DNA from: Octopus sinensis
Lineage: Eukaryota
DNA: 64,000 bases
Reading direction: 5' to 3'
Assembly: GCF_006345805.1 (NCBI RefSeq)
Contig: NC_043003.1
Span: 53,630,001-53,694,000, forward strand
Shown here: positions 63,536-64,000 of the stretch, one piece after another
Layout of the letters: each line of letters starts with the position of its first letter
Position numbering within the stretch: position 1 is the first letter of the stretch
Notes under the pieces: model-generated
Database searches by the model: none
Told to the model about the DNA's origin: nothing
The model's input: only the letters and a program-made list of their open reading frames with translations
Position numbers and translations under genes: made by a program

Positions 63536-64000
63536 CTAATTAAAAATTTAGATTTTAAAACTTATATCATTTAATAGAGTAATGAATTCTCTTTATTAAT
63601 ATACTGCTTAAACTGAGATTAAATAAAACAAAAATAATTAGTATTTAATTGTCACTGTATCCATTTTAACTGCAAGTTTTATATTTCTCATTGAAGAACT
63701 GCCTTCCATACAGTCTTCTCAAAAATAATGGAAAATCTATTCAACCCATAGATGGGACCCTGACAGGTACTACATACATACATACATACATGCATGCATG
63801 CATGCATGCATACATACATACATACATACATACACACACACACATACACATACATGTATATAAAACAAGTACTGGGGTTGATTTGTTTTACTAAACCCTT
63901 CTAAGCAGTGCCCCAGCATGGCCTCAGTCTGTAATGAAGTAATCCCCTCCTCATAAATCAGTCAAAATATCTCAGAAAATTGCTATTATGTTTCTTCTAA

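Overview
AT-rich, repeat-dense eukaryotic DNA. The SINE, LINE and microsatellite content looks like a coleoid cephalopod (octopus-like); this is an inference from recognising repeat families. Most of the window is decayed transposons. DNA elements: mariner DD34D, maT/DD37D-like, Tc1, pogo-type MITEs, hAT/Buster with intact TIRs and TSD, and a non-autonomous Helitron. Retroelements: CR1, RTE, L1/Tx1 and R4/Dong-like LINEs, Penelope-like elements (PLEs) and at least four tRNA-headed SINE families. Most ORFs in the supplied track are microsatellite or transposon translations. One CpG-rich, promoter-like segment (about 45.2-46.8 kb; CCAAT plus a perfect GCGCATGCGC palindrome) is followed by + strand exon candidates with consistent splice phases (45902-45969, 46080-46108, 46209-46253, 55853-55899, then 56018-56113 and 59026-59157). 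I do not recognise the product. Main observations: (1) about 13 PLE-type minimal hammerhead ribozyme motifs, 5 with a complete catalytic core and 4 of those with an extra base on each side of stem II; (2) the promoter and first three exons sit between two roughly 375-bp convergent inverted arms, each carrying tandem hammerhead remnants; (3) two RLE-type LINE families whose junctions abut different microsatellites; (4) several long hairpins and foldbacks, two with pre-miRNA geometry; (5) an apparently identical 1266-bp tandem duplication. All coordinates were read by eye and no searches were run.
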